Shown here one piece after another: positions 15,001-30,000 of a stretch of 64,000 nucleotides of DNA. The notes under the pieces were generated by a model. That model was given only the letters and a program-made list of their open reading frames with translations, had not been told where the DNA came from and did not search any database. Position 1 is the stretch's first letter; the number at the start of each line of letters is the position of its first letter. Source of the DNA: Octopus sinensis. Its lineage: Eukaryota. Where the stretch lies: the NCBI RefSeq assembly GCF_006345805.1, contig NC_042998.1, positions 184,326,001 through 184,390,000 of the forward strand, written 5' to 3'. Made by a program: the position numbers and the translations under genes.

Positions 15001-18000
15001 AAAACAAAAATAATTATCAGCAGCAGCGAGGACGCGATAATTATCGGGAACGTTTAGACACACGGCATCCTATTGATGAATATGCTGGGATTATGACACA
15101 GAAGGAAAAAGAATGGGTTATTAAAATTCAGCTTTTGCAGTTACACACAGATAATCCTTATGTTGACGATTATTATTATGTAGTAAGTATTCAGAGCCTT
15201 TTCCTCTTTCTTAGAAATTAAATAACTCAATCATTTACATGGAAGAAAGTAGTAAGTAGTGCTTAAAGCTTTTAATGCTCTACGCATCAGGTTATTGCCT
15301 CTGCTTTTGTTTTCCACAGTCATGCATGTCCGGCCCAGTTAAGAGTACCCCTGATGCCTGGAGTGATATATGCTTGGTAAGACCTGTTGAGTCAAAACCA
15401 ATATCGTAGCTGTGGGCCGTGCCCCCTAACTGGCTCCCATGCCGATGGCCCGTAAAAAGCACCATCCGCATGTGGCCAATGCCAGTACCCCCTGACTGGC
15501 ACATAAAAGGCACTATCCGAAAGTGATCAATGCCAGACCTGCCTGACTGGCTCCTGTGCCAGTAGCATGTAAAAAGCACTCACTACACTCTTGTAGTGGT
15601 TGGCATTAGGAAGGGCATCTAGCTGTAGAAACATTGCCAGATCAGATTGGAACCTGGTGCAGCTGCTGGCTCTCCAGACCTCGGTCAAACCATCCCACTC
15701 ATATCAGCATGGAAGGTTGACATTAAATGATGATGATGCGAGGTGAAAAAAAACCTGATATTAATCAATGGCTAATATTTTCATTTTTGCAGCAAGCACA
15801 AGTGACACATTTACTATTCATTTGGCATTTATAATAAAAGCCATGCTTTACTAATGAGATTAAAATACATCTGAAACTCAAATTGTATCATGTATATGAC
15901 GGTAAAAACCAAATTATTAGTCATTGAAGAATACTAATGTTAGTTTGTTTTTTTTGTCATTTTTATTTATTCCTAGTTAGCATTTATTATAGGGAGAGTT
16001 TACGAAAGAAACAAAAGACGAAGATAGGTGGTGTACAAAAGAAATAGATGTATTAGTATAACGCTCAGGAATAAAAAAAGTCTTTTACATTTCGAGCCTA
16101 CGCTCTTCTACAGAAAGGGACACAGAAAAAACAAGGAGAGAAAAAAATGTGTGTAGTGGCTAACGATCTATCATGGCGACTGACTTGGACAGAAGGGTCA
16201 CATTGATGCTCACTATATTCTTTTATTTCCTGCATTTAAATCTCTATACAGGATTAATTTATTCCTTCAAATCAATTGAAAATGCCTCGTATAAAACAAT
16301 TTCAGGTCATGATTTTTATGGTATTGAAGGAAAATTTTAAGCAAATTAGTTTTAATCTGCAGTCTAGTTTTGCTTCTATGATGTATGTTTTACAAAAATT
16401 TTTCTTAATATAATAAATCTCTGAGCGAGATGTAAACAGTAGCAGCATGACATCATGAAATATATTTTCCACCTAAATGTGGCCATCCCATATGAGACGA
16501 TGCTGCTGTAGATTTTAGCCCCGGGAAGACATCTCCAGCTGGCTAACGAACACTGTCTGTGTCCGATCAGTATTTGCTAAAGAAAATCATTGTTCCCATC
16601 TCTAGCCTGATGTGATACACACAGACCTGGGTTTCTGGGTAATAACCCATCATTAGTGTGTGACAATCACTGGCTAAGGATGAGATGTGATTCCGAACAC
16701 AAAATACTATATGCTTTTTCCAGTGACAAACAGTTGCTGATCTCGAAAAGGACACAGCTGGAGGAGATGTCTTCCTGGGGTTGTAAACTACAGTAGCATC
16801 ATCCTATGTGGGTCAGCCACATTTAGGTTGCAAATATACTTCGATATTTTCTTAATGTTCTCAAAGAAATGAGTATCAAACTATCAGTTCTTAAACCCTT
16901 AGCCTTTCCATTTGCTTCAAGGCAATTAACTTTCTTTGAAACTGATAATCCAGAATTTTTTTTTTAAATAATTAATAAATTTTTCTTGTTCTTATTGAAG
17001 CGCTACACTTTAAGGAAATCAGCTGAAGAGAGGAAGAAAAAGAACAAAGAAAATAAGGATGAACCAAAACTTATTATTCCAGCACTTGCTAAAATTGAAA
17101 CAAAAGCTTATACTCCAGGTAAATAGTTGTTTCGGATATCCTAGTTGCAATATTTTCTGTTTGGTTCTAACCAGGATGCTGTATTAATGGACATAGTATG
17201 AAATATTTTTTTATCTCTCTGAAAGATTTGACTTGGCTCTGGTTTTGGATTTCTGGCTGCTATCATGTTCTGCACTACTTTGTATTTTGTAAGGCATGTT
17301 ATATCAAAAACGTTCTCTTCCATTGATAGAGTGTCCAACTGTAAAAGTAATATTCCAACAGATTATCAAATGGATGATAACATGTAGGCATTTCAAAATT
17401 TTTGGCAAGATATTTAGCCCTATATTTCTTAACTTTTTGTATTATTCTTCCAACTAGTTATCTGGGATAGACCACTATCTGCTTTGTTGTGTTAGTCTCA
17501 CTTCTATTTTATATTATTGTCTGCAACTAAAATCTGACTAAAACATTCTGTAGCTTGCAAAATCACTTGATCAAATGTAAATATCTTCAATTTACTAAAA
17601 TCTCACCATTTTCATATAGAATTGGATGTAAAATTATTAATTATAAATTTTAAGGAAATTTCTGTTTTTGATAAATTGATCTGTTGGTTTTGATGTTGTG
17701 GATTCAGTTATTCCAATTACCTACTTATTGAATAAGCATGTGAAGTAGTTGAGTATTCCACAGACATGTGTACCATTAACGTAATTCTCAAGTAAAATGA
17801 GTGTGATACAGTGCCAAGAATGTACCTTTGAATTACAGGTACAATCTCTCCGAAGGGCTTCTGTACAGTTTCCATCTACCCAATTTCACTCACAATGCTT
17901 GGGTTGACCCGAGGCAATGGTAAAAAACACTTGCCCAAGATGCCACCCACTGGGATTGAATCTGAGACCTTATGATTGCAAAGCGACACAAGAATTGTAA

Positions 18001-21000
18001 TTCCTTCATATTTCATCATCATTGTTTAACGTCCACTTTCCATGCTAGCATGGGTTGGATGATTTGACTGAGGTCTGGCAAACCAGATGGCTGCACCAGA
18101 CTCCAATCTGATTTGGCAGAGTTTCTACAGCTGGATGCCCTTCCTAACGCCAACCACTCTGAAAGTATAGTGGATGCTTTTGCGTGCCACCGGCACAAGG
18201 GTCAGTCAGGTGGTACTGGCAACAGCCACGCTCAAATGGTGTTTTTTACGTGCCACCTGCACAGGAGCCAGTCCAGCAGCACTGGCAACGACCTCGCTCA
18301 AATGTTTTTACATGTGCCACCAGCACAAGTGCTAGTAAGATGACGCAGGTAACGATCACACTCAAATGGTGCATTTTGTTGCACTGGCACAGAGGCCAGT
18401 TTGTTGCTCTGGCAGCAATCACGCCCATATGGTACTCTTAGTGCTCCACTAGCACGGATGCCAGTCATCGAATTTGATTTCGATTTCACTTGCCTCGACA
18501 GGTCTTCGCAAGCAGAGTTTAGTGTCCACTGAAGGAAATGTACGCCTAAGTGGGCTGGTTACACCCTTGGCATAGGCTACGAGGTTATGGTCTCACTTGG
18601 GCTTGCCGAGTCTTCTGAAGCACAGAATATTTCCAAAGGTCCCGGTCACTAGTCATTGCCTTGGTGAGGCCTAATGTCAAAGGTCATGCTTCACCACCTC
18701 ATCCCAGGTCTTCCTTGGCCTACTTCTTCCACAGATTCTCTCAACCGCTAGGGTGTGGCACTTTTTCACACAGCTATCCACATCCATTCTCGCCACATGG
18801 CCATACCAGCACGGTCGTCTTTCTTGCACACCACATCTGATGCTTCTTAGGTCCAACTTTTCTCTCAAGGTACTAACTCTGTGTTGAGTATGCACACTAA
18901 CATTACACATCCACCGGAGCATACTGGCTTCATTCCTTGCAAGCTTACGCATGTCCTCAGCAGTCGTGGCCCATGTTTCACTGCCATGCAGCATGGCTGT
19001 TCATACACTTGTCATACAGTCTACTTTTTACTCTGGGCGAGAGGCCCTTTGTCACCAGCAGAGGTAAGACCTCTCTGAACATTGCCCAGGCTATTCTTAT
19101 TCTAGCAGCTACACTATCAACTACTTCTAGTTTTTCTCCTTGGAATGTGGCGCAAGTTGTTCTCTGCACATTTTCAGTGTTTATTGCTTCTGAGCATCTG
19201 TCACATACAAAAACTATCTTCCCAGTTAGCCTTCCTTTGATATTGCTGCACCTATTATGTGTCCATAGCTTACACTGGGTACATCTTATAGAGTTTCTAC
19301 CTTATTTCTTAACTTATATTTCTTGTTAAAAAAGAAAATTTATTAAGCTTACTATTTTTTTTTTTATTAAAGCACATTTTGAAGGATCTTTAGGAAGAGT
19401 TTCCACATCAAGTGTCCACAATCCTCGACAGGTTATCGACTTAGTTTCAATGGCACACAATGATGAGCAAGGTGGAAAATCATCAGGAAGAGATGTATAC
19501 AGATATCGACAAATGTTAATGGAAATTGAAAAAGTACGTCTATTATTTTTTTAACTAAGTGTAACAGCTTTCTCTCTCTCTCTCTCTCTTTTGTTTGTTT
19601 GTAAAAATGAAAAATGCATGGTAGTAGTTTGGGGTAATATATTTGATTCACTTCTTATTGGAGCTAATTACAAAGTTGTACTTGAGATTCATTTGGTTGT
19701 TTCCACTTTTTCTTCAGGCATATGTTATTTTGTTGGACATTGACGACCTGGAGAAACGTGTTTTGGCCTTACCAGAAGAATCAAGGTTTGTGAATTTTGG
19801 ATTGATATTTTATTATTATTAAAAATGTGTATAATTTGAATTTATTTAACCCTTTTGTTACTGTATTTATTTTGAGATGCTCAATGTTTCTCTTAATTAC
19901 TTTAAATATAATAAAGAATTTAGTAAAATAACTTGGTTATCATTAAGTTGGTGTTAGGAACAAATTATGACTAAGGTTTGATGGAAAATTTTAATTCAAA
20001 ACTTATGTAAACAAGACATTTGTACTCAGAGCCAGAGCCGGTTTCAGCCGGGTTAGTAATGAAAGGGTTAATGTCTGTTTTTAAGTAAAAGATATTTAAG
20101 AGGTCATTAAAAGTGCAGAGCACCTGGTCATATTGTCAACATTAACACTGTTTTGCTTCAGTGATAATAGTATGGAATATAATACTGTTATGTACATTCT
20201 CATACATACACTCACACATATAAATACATAGGGTCTTCCTGCAGTTTTTGTCTACTAAAATTCCCTCGCACTGCATTGGCATGACATTGGTCAGTCTGAG
20301 GCTATTGTAGAAGGCACTTAAAGTGCTATGAGGCCAAACTCAAAATCACATGATAGGGAAAGGAAATTCTTAACCATACCTATGCTTGTGCCTATTTTAC
20401 AATTGATAGTTGAATTGGATGCCCTTCTTGGTGTCAACCCTCACTTGTTTCTCATAAATAAGGTACTTATTTATGAGAAACATCACCTTATTTGATGCAA
20501 ACCACTGAACTGCTAGACTTTTTGTTCATCATCATCATCGTTTAACGTCCGTTCTCCATGCTAGCATGGGTTGGACGGCTCGACCGGGGATTTGGGAAGC
20601 CAGAAGGCTGCACCAGGCTCCAGTCTTATCCGGCAATGTTTCTACAGCTGGATGCCCTTCCTAACGCCAACCACTCCGTGAGTGTAGTGGGTGCTTTTTA
20701 CGTGCCACCTGCACGGAAGCCAGTCGAGGCGGCACTGGCTTCGGCCACGATTCGGATGGTGCTTTTTACGTGCCAGAGCATTGATACTACAAGCACGCAT
20801 AGCTACACACATGCGTAATGGACTTCTATACTGTTCCATTTACCAAATGTCATTCACAACCCAAGGTTATAGTCGAAGACACTTGGTCAAGATGCCACTC
20901 AATTTCACATTGTTGCACTGTAAATATATTGTTCATTATCTTTGTGAATGTTTCTTTAGTTGTTATTTCTTTTAAACATGTTGGCAGCCATTTAACAATT

Positions 21001-24000
21001 TGGTTTAACCATTTTGTTTTTTTCACAAACATTTGAATATTTCAGTTGCCATGCTGAATATTATATGAATCTGATTTGATTATATTTACTTTGAAACAAT
21101 ATTGAAATGTAATTATGACAGTAAATGCTGTTTAGTGTAAAGACAGTTTGGCTTGTTTGTTGATTACTATGGGACACACAAAACAGTTAAACTGATTAAA
21201 ATGCCTTACATCCGGTGGCACATAAAAAAGCACCATCCAATCGTGGCCGTTTGCCAGCCTCGTCTGGCACGTAAAAGCACCCACTACACTCACGGAGTGG
21301 TTGGCATTAGGAAGGGCATCCAGTCGTAGAAACATTGCCAGATCAGACTGGGCCTGGTGCAGCCTTCTAGCTTCCCAGACCCCAGTTGAACCGTCCAACC
21401 CATGCTAGCATGGAAAGTGAACGCTAAACGATAATGATGACATTGTTATGCTCTCTGATATTTCTGCATTCAAATTAGTTTTCTTGTCTGTACTGCAGTT
21501 TACTAAAGAGAAATTTGTTTATAAATTATTTCAAAACTAACTTTGCTCCACTTTGTTATATGCTCTAAAATTGGACATTTAGATCAGAAGTGGCTGTACC
21601 ATTCTTGTCTTTGTCAGTCTGATATCAGTGTCAAGATTATTTAGGTCACTACTGAGATTGTCTACTCACCATTTCTTTGGCAGCTTCAGCTGCTTAGTCA
21701 CATTAAATATTTGAGATGTTTGACATGATTGTAAAATAAACCTGATGTCACATATTGAACTTTCCCTGCTCTCTTTTTGCTCAGAAAAACACTATATAAA
21801 ATGTTGTTTATCTTTTTAAATTTTTTTTTTATTTCACTTGTAGAAAAAAATTATATGAAGACCGTACTGAGAAGATAAATCAGCTCTTTTTAAATCTGGG
21901 AACTCAAGATAATCATGCAGACAGTTTTCTCTATATGATGTCCATCAGGAAAGGAAGGAAACTTGTGGCTCGGTGTCTTCCTATATTTAATTCGGTTTGT
22001 ACTTATTGGTTTACTTAAAATGTCAGTCAGCATTAAATTGTGTTTTTTTTTTTAGAACATTAAAATTTTGATCTGATGTCTAGTGACTGAGACTTTTGGT
22101 GATTTGTTGTGTTTGAGAGGACCCATCAAGCTAAGTGAAATCATTGTTGTGGCTAATGGTGGTGACACATAAAAGGCACCCGTGTCAATGACATGTAAAT
22201 GACACTCATTACACTTTGTGAAGTGGTTAGCATTAGGAAGGACACCCAGCTATAAAAACCAAGCTAAAACAGACTGGAACCTGGTACAGCTTACCAGCTC
22301 CAGTCAAACTGTATTTTCCATGTTAGGGCATGGAAAACGGACACTTAGATGATGATCATCATCAGCTAAAACAAATATTTGTTTCAAATAATCAAGATGA
22401 CTTGGATTTGTGTGTTAGATTAAGGTTTTTTCTTTTTTTTTTTGTTATGCACCATATAAGGTTTAGCTACAAACATCAGTTTCATTGTTGCGTATGCTTG
22501 CTGATGCTTTTGAAGTCCTACACAGTGGCTATAAAACAGAATCTGTGTTTTCAGTGAAATTTTGATTGAGGTTCTAAATTCTGTAAGAAAAATATTTTTA
22601 AGTTTACACTTTTTTCAGAAATTATTGCTGTCTTCTGTTTACAAACTCAGAAATTGATAAGTTCAGTTCAAAGTCCATCATGTGTTATGCTTTTGTGTTT
22701 TGTTTTTTTCTTTATTTTTTGTTGTTTTTGCATTTGAAAATCAGTTAGTATTACTAAATCTGAACATTTTCTAACTTTTTAAGAGTAGAAGGTTATAGAA
22801 CTAAAGGCAAAAAGATGATTTGGTAAAATATTCCAAAGTTTGGAGAATGCAGCACCATCCGATTGTGGCCGTTTGCCAGCCTCGTCTGGCACATAAAAAG
22901 CACCCACTACACTCATGGAGTGGTTGGCGTTAGGAAGGGCATCCAACCGTAGAAACATTGCCAGATCAGACTGGGCCTGGTGCAGCCTTCTGACTTCCCA
23001 GACCCCAGTTGAACCGTCCAACCCATGCTAGCATGGAAAGCGGACGCTAAACGATGATGATGATGACAGTAGGTGTTCATCCAGAGATACATTGTCATTT
23101 CAGTTTATGGACACTTCTGTAATTGAAAGCTTGTTTTAAAATAAAGTATAAGATCCCATGTGCATAAATTGGAATAAATTTTATTGGATTTCTTTGGGCA
23201 GTTGGTCAAGACTTGAGCTATAGTTATAATATCAGCTTAAATCAGATAATTGCAAAGGATAAGTTGTTTTACTTCATGCGAGTAAAACTTCCTATCCTTT
23301 GCAACTCTTTATTGGTCACTTTGTAAGATTTTGTTACCTCCTCACCAAAACTAGTTCTTTTCTACATTTTTGTCATTTAATCGCATATTTAAGGCTCAGT
23401 TTAGAAATTTTTTTTTTCCAGATTTTGTTGAAGGCAGACAATCTAGGCTCAAGATAGTGTAAATGAATGTTGTTTATAAATTTGACAAAACAGAACTATT
23501 GGCTTTATTTGAGGATTTTGTTACCTGTGGAAGCTTTCCATTTCATTCAGAGGTGCTCTTTGTTGATTGGATGTTAATTCTGTGGTTTTAGAGTAAGAAG
23601 ATGTTTTGGGCCTCTGGAAAATTTCTGCATTTCCTTTAGCTTGTTGGATGCTATCATTACTTGTAGTTCAGCATGCTAGTTCATGGTCAATAAGGCAATG
23701 ATAACTTATTGTAGATTTTAGCATCTTTGTTACATGATCTTAGAAGTTAAAAAAAAATTTTTTATGGCCTTCTGCAATCTTTTGTATTAATAGGAATGAT
23801 TTCATTTATAAGGGTTGATCAGGACTCTTTATCTTTTGATGTAAATGCTGTTTTTGGCTCTCACTGATTCTCAATGCTTTTTTTTTTTTTTACTTTCAAC
23901 AGGAACATTCAAAAGCTGTTCTGGTTACAATAATGAAAAATTTGCCACATTTTATTAAAAGAGATCAACCAGAGGAGGTACGTCTAATGCTGTATTTATA

Positions 24001-27000
24001 AGTATTATTTGCTTGTTTTGTTTAAAACACTGTTGTCATCTCTCAATGAATCTTTACCAAATTTCAGAGGGAGATCTGTGTGCAATCAAGAATAATGCAT
24101 GAAAGCTGTAGATAGACTGAATGTTGTAATGGAGTGATAATTGAATTGGAGTGTTAGTGGGATTTACAGAACTGATGTCAGTTTGTCACATCACCGTTTT
24201 CCTTTCTCCTTCAGTCTTTCTTTAATCTTCTCACACATGATCTGGACTTAATGTGGTTTTACTCCCAAGTGGCAGGACTGCGTATTCTGCTTTTAAGCTA
24301 TCGCTCAATCTTGCATACAATGATAGACGTTTGCGCTGGTATGGTCATGTGGCGAGAATGGATGAAGATAGTTGTGTGAAAAAGTGCCACACCCTAGCGG
24401 TTGAGGGAACCTGTGGAAGAGGTAGACCCAAGAAAACCTGGGACGAGATGGTGAAGCACGACCTTTGAACATTAGGTCTCACCGAGGAAATGACTAGTGA
24501 CCAAGACCTTTGGAAGTATGCTGTACGTGAGAAGACCCGGCAAGACAAGTGAGACCATAACCCGTGGCCTCTACCTGGGATGTAGCCAGTCCACTTATGC
24601 ATACCTTTCCTTCTTGGGACACAAAACTCTACTTGTGAAGACCTGTTGAGGCAAGTGAAATCGAAATCGATCAAAATCAATGGAAATTGTAGTTGTGATA
24701 CCAGTGCCAGTGGCACGTAAGAGAACCATCCGAACGTGGCCATTGCCAGCACCGCCCCAACTGGCCTCCGTGCCGGTTGCACGTAAAAAGCACCATCCGA
24801 TCATCGCCTTTGCCAGCCACATCTGGCACGTAAAAAGCACCTACTACACTCACGGAGTGGTTGGCGTTAGGAAGGGCATCCAGCTGTAGAAACACTGCCA
24901 GATCAGACTGGAGCCTGGTGCAGCCTTCTGGCTTCCCAGACCCCAGTTGAACCGTCCAACCCATGCTAGCATGGAAAGCGGACGTTAAATAATGATGATG
25001 ATGATGATGATACTTATATGTGAGTTTGTTTACAACATCCTGATTCCTAAAAATATTGAGCAAGGTATAACTGCTAGATTCATTCAACAAATACCAAGCC
25101 AATGGAGATAATACAGGTCATTTAACACAACAGTTGATATTAATGATGTTGCTAACTATCTAAAAGTTTTTAAATTCTCATCAGCTCACTGTTTTCTCTT
25201 CTCACAACCCATGACTGAAAGTAAGAGCAATCTGTCTTGAATTCCTCTGTTATTGCCTGGAGGACTGATGAATAAAAGGGTACTGAGGGCTGATCCTTGG
25301 TGGACCTCTACTTCTACCCGGAATTCTTCACTGTACTCACTGCCAATCCTAACCTCACTGATGGCCTCTCTGTACAGCCCTTATTCGTCAATCCCAGTTT
25401 CCGCATCGCCCACCAGATAATAGTTCGGGGGTCCCTGTCAAAGGCTTTCTCCTGCAGTTGCCACACCAGAAATATAGCATTAGTGGTGCTTCTACCTGGC
25501 ACATTAATTTGGTATAAAGTTTAGATGCACCAAAACTCTGAAGTTACATGTAATGAAAGCCACCATTATGACTGACTGTGCCAAAGGTGTTTTCATTCTA
25601 CACAGCTGTCATCTCAACAAATACATTGTGTGAGTTCATGCATCTACAGTTTCCAGTAACACTCTCTTTTTCTAAAGCCATAACAAGTCTCAGGGATAAT
25701 CTGACATGGTTGCTAGAGTTGAATCGACACATCTATGTTTTCCAGTTTGTTGTTGCATGCTCACATGCCGAGCCAAACAGACATCTTTTTCTTTTAGTAA
25801 TGAACCACAGAACAAGAAATGCTGTCTACCTTGGAGTTTTTTCTAAATTAACCCTTCATTACTATATCGCTAACCTAGTCACCTGCATTGTAAACCAGGT
25901 AGCTCATGATGGAGTCATACCCAATGACTGGCATAGCAGCACCATAGTCAACTGCTACAAGGGTAAAGGTGATGCTATAGATAGAAATAACTACAGGGGT
26001 ATCAAACTGCTGGATCAGGTGATGGTCACAGTGGGTCATAGCCCATCTCATTAGGGAGAGAGTCTGCTTAGATGAGATGCACTTCGGTTTTGTGCCAGGT
26101 AGAAGCACCACTAATGCTATATTCCTGATGTGGCAACTGCAGGAGAAATACCTAGCCAAAGATAAACCCCTATACTTAGCTTTTGTGGACTTGGGGAAAG
26201 CCTTTGACAGGGACCCCCGAACTATTATCTGGTGGGTGATGCGGAAACTGGGATTGACGAATAAGTGCTGTACAGAGAGGCCATCAGTAAGGGTAGGATT
26301 GGCAGTGAGTATAGTGAAGAATTCTGGGTAGGAGTAGAGGTCAACCAAGGATCAGTCCTCCAGGCAATAACAGAAGAATTCAAGACAGGTTGCCCCTGGG
26401 AGCTCCTCTATGCAGATGACTTAGACCTCATAGCAGAATCACTACCAGAACTAGATAAGAAATTTCAGGTGTGGAGGCAAGGTTTAGAATTGAAAGGCCT
26501 TACAGTCAATGTTGCAAAGACCAAAGTTCTAGTAAGTAGGAAGGTGAACACATTACAAGCCCCTTCAGGTAGATGGCCCTGCTCGATCTGTAGAAAAGGT
26601 GTTGGTAGAAACTCCATAAGATGTACCCAGTGTAAGCTATGGAGACATAAGAGGTACAACATCAAAGGAAGATTAACCGGGAAGATAGCTTTCGTGTGCA
26701 GCAGATGCACAGGCAATAAACACCACAAATGCTCAGAAAACAGTTTCCATCACATTCCAGAGGAAAAAACTCGTAGTTGATAGCTTCTGCTACTTAGGTA
26801 ACCAAGTTAGTAGTGGAGGTAGATGCTTAGAGTGTTAACACTAGAATAAGAATAGCCTGGGCAATGTTTAGAAAGTTTCTACCTGTACTGGTGACAAAGG
26901 GCCTCTCACTCAGAGTGAAAGGTATATTGTATGATGCATGTGTGTGAACTACCATGCTTCACGGCAATGAAACATGGACGGTGACTGCTGAAGACATGCA

Positions 27001-30000
27001 TAGGCTTGAAAGAAATTAAGCTAGCATGATCCGCTGGATGTGTAATGTCAGTGTGCATACATGACAGTGTAAGTGCCCTGAGAGAAATGTTGGACATAAG
27101 AAGCATCGGATGTGGTATGCAGGAGAGACATTTGCATTGGTATGGTCATGTACTACAGATGGATGAGGAGCTGTGTGAAGAAGTGCCATTCCCAAATAGT
27201 TGAAGGAATCCGGGGTAGAGGTAGACCCAGGTAGACATGGGATGAGGTGAAGCATGACCTTCGAACGTTGGGCCTCACAGAGGCAGTGACGAAAGGCCTC
27301 TGGAGATATGCTGTGACTGCGAATACCCGGCAAATAAAGTGAGTTCATAGCTGTATCCTACGCCAGTTTCGCATAACCAGCCCCAGCCCATTCAAATGTA
27401 CCCTGGATTGTAGGGCGACATGCTGTGCTTGAGGAGCCCTATTGAGTCAAGTACATCAAAATTAAAATCAAATGGAAATTGTAGTTGTGATCCCCGTGCC
27501 AGTGGCACGTAAAAAGCACCATCTGAATGTGGCAGATACCAGCGCCACCTTGACTGGCTTCCATGCTAGTGTCACGTAAAAAGCTTCAACTGATCGTAGC
27601 CATTGCCAGCCTCTCCTGGCCCCTGTGCCAGTGGCACGTAAAAAGCACCCATTACACTCATGGGGTGGTTGGCTTTAGGAAGGGCATGCAGCTGTAGAAA
27701 CACTGCCAGATCAGATTGGAGCCTGGTGCAGCCTCCTGGCTTCCCAGACCCCTGTTGAACCATCTAACATGGAAAACAAACGTTAAACGATGATGATGAA
27801 GATACACCCCTTATGTGTTTCAATGAAAATTCTAAAATAATTTGAGTTTAGACTGGTTTCATAAAACAACTCTTTTTTTATTAATCAACATATTCCGTCT
27901 AACCCATGCAAGCATGGAGAAGTGGATGTTAAAATGATGATAGTGGTGGGGATTATCAGCAACAGTGGCTACTTCAGCTAGCATAGATATACGTTTAGAT
28001 TACCTGAGTTTTACATAATGTTGCTGTCATTCATGATAATAGTGTCAAAGATTGGGTCACTTCTTATGCCATACTTCTTGTGTAACACATGTTCTTTATT
28101 GTTTTTGCTATTGAATAAGAATAGAATTGAAGTACTTTTTGTGAGTTTAGATATTAATACTATTGTCCATATAATAAAACCATATTTGTTTTTAAAGGAT
28201 AATAAACATTAAATCTCATTCTGAGATTTAATTATGCAGACATTGAAAGTTTATATGAAAATCATTGTTTGGGCTTTAATTGTAAATGTTAATTTCAGAA
28301 GATTGTTATAAGGCAATTAACAAAGATAACTAGCAAAAAGATATTAAAAATCGCATTTTGAAAATTTAGGAGGATGTTAACATTTCAAGTTTAACAGTAA
28401 TATTTTGTAAAGATATATCTTTATTTAATTGTTAATATTTATTTTCATTTACATTATTTTCTACATTTTCCAGGGTCTAATGGTTTTAAGTGAGACTGTG
28501 ACTCAACAAATTAGTGTTTGTAATTTGAAAGCAGTTGTAGAACTAAGTCAGTTGTTGTTAAAAGATACTCCAAGTCTTTCCAATAAGTCATTGGTTCTTG
28601 CCCTACAAAACAAGGTAATGAGCTTACTATTTGCAATAAAATATGTAATTGAGCGTATATTATTCATCTCATGAAATTGTTATAGTTAATTGATTCACTT
28701 AACATAATTATGGGTATGAGTTATTGACCCTAAATGTTAATAATAGAAAACAAATTGCATGCATGTATTCTTTTGAGATATAAGATGCTATTTCTTTTAG
28801 AAGTAGATCTGTTAATTGGTGGCTGATCATCAGCTCTTCATGGAGAGAGTATGAGCTATTGGAGGTGACTGGTGACAGTTTGCGTTGTTTAGTGCAGGAC
28901 AGGCCAAATTGAACAACCTGTGGTCATACAATCTTTGTTAAAGGCATACTGCATTTTGGACTACATTATTCTGGATGCTTACTCTCTCTCTCTTTACTCT
29001 TTTACTTGTTTCAGTCATTTGACTGCGGCCATGCTGAAGCACCGCCTTTAGTCGAGCAAATCGACCCCGGGACTTATTCTTTTGTAAGCCCAGTACTTAT
29101 TCTATCGGTTCTTTTGCCGAACCGCTAAGTGACGGGGACGTAAACACACCAGCATCGGTTGTCAAGCAATGCTAGGGGGACAAACACACACACACACACA
29201 TATATGTATATATATATATACACATATATACGACAGGCTTCTTTCAGTTTCCGTCTACCAAATCCACTCACAAGGCATTGGTCGGCCCAGGGCTATAGCA
29301 GAAGACACTTGCCCAAGATGCCACGCAGTGGGACTGAACCCGGAACCATGTGGTTGGTTAGCAAGCTACTTACCACACAGCCACTCCTGCGTTAGTTTTT
29401 TTTTTTTTTTTTTTTTTTTTCTTTTTTCTTTCTTAAAGATAGGGTATTTGGTTGCAATTTCTAGCAGGCCAAGCAGCCATGCAAAGGTCCTTTATCTTAT
29501 GATGTAGATTATTGGAATGCCTATGAAATCAAGTAGTGATATTAGATTGATTATTCTGTCAGTAATGTGGTAAATTATCTATGTTTTAATAAAATTATTT
29601 TATTTTTCAGTTTGCTTGTTCTGTGATTAGTAGCCTTCTTAACAGAGCAGAAATGCTTTTCCTCCCATCTTCAAATGTTGAAATTGATAACCAACTCCGA
29701 AGTGCATGGTAAATATTTTTATTATTACCCTTCCCCACACACTTCCTATTAGTTTAAATAGTTCATTAAACTATGATAAACTATTCAGTTAAGCAGAATT
29801 AACTACTCGCCTGCCTTGTTTCACCTTCAGGTCTGACTTAATCGAGCAAGGACTATAATTCAATATCTTGGTCTTTTTCTTTCAGATTTATTGTATGTCC
29901 AATGATTTTTCTTGGAATTTTTTCAGTGGAATGCAATGAGGGAGATTTAGTTTTAGCAGTTTAAATGACCAAATAGAGGCTCTCTCATCAGTTTGTCTGT

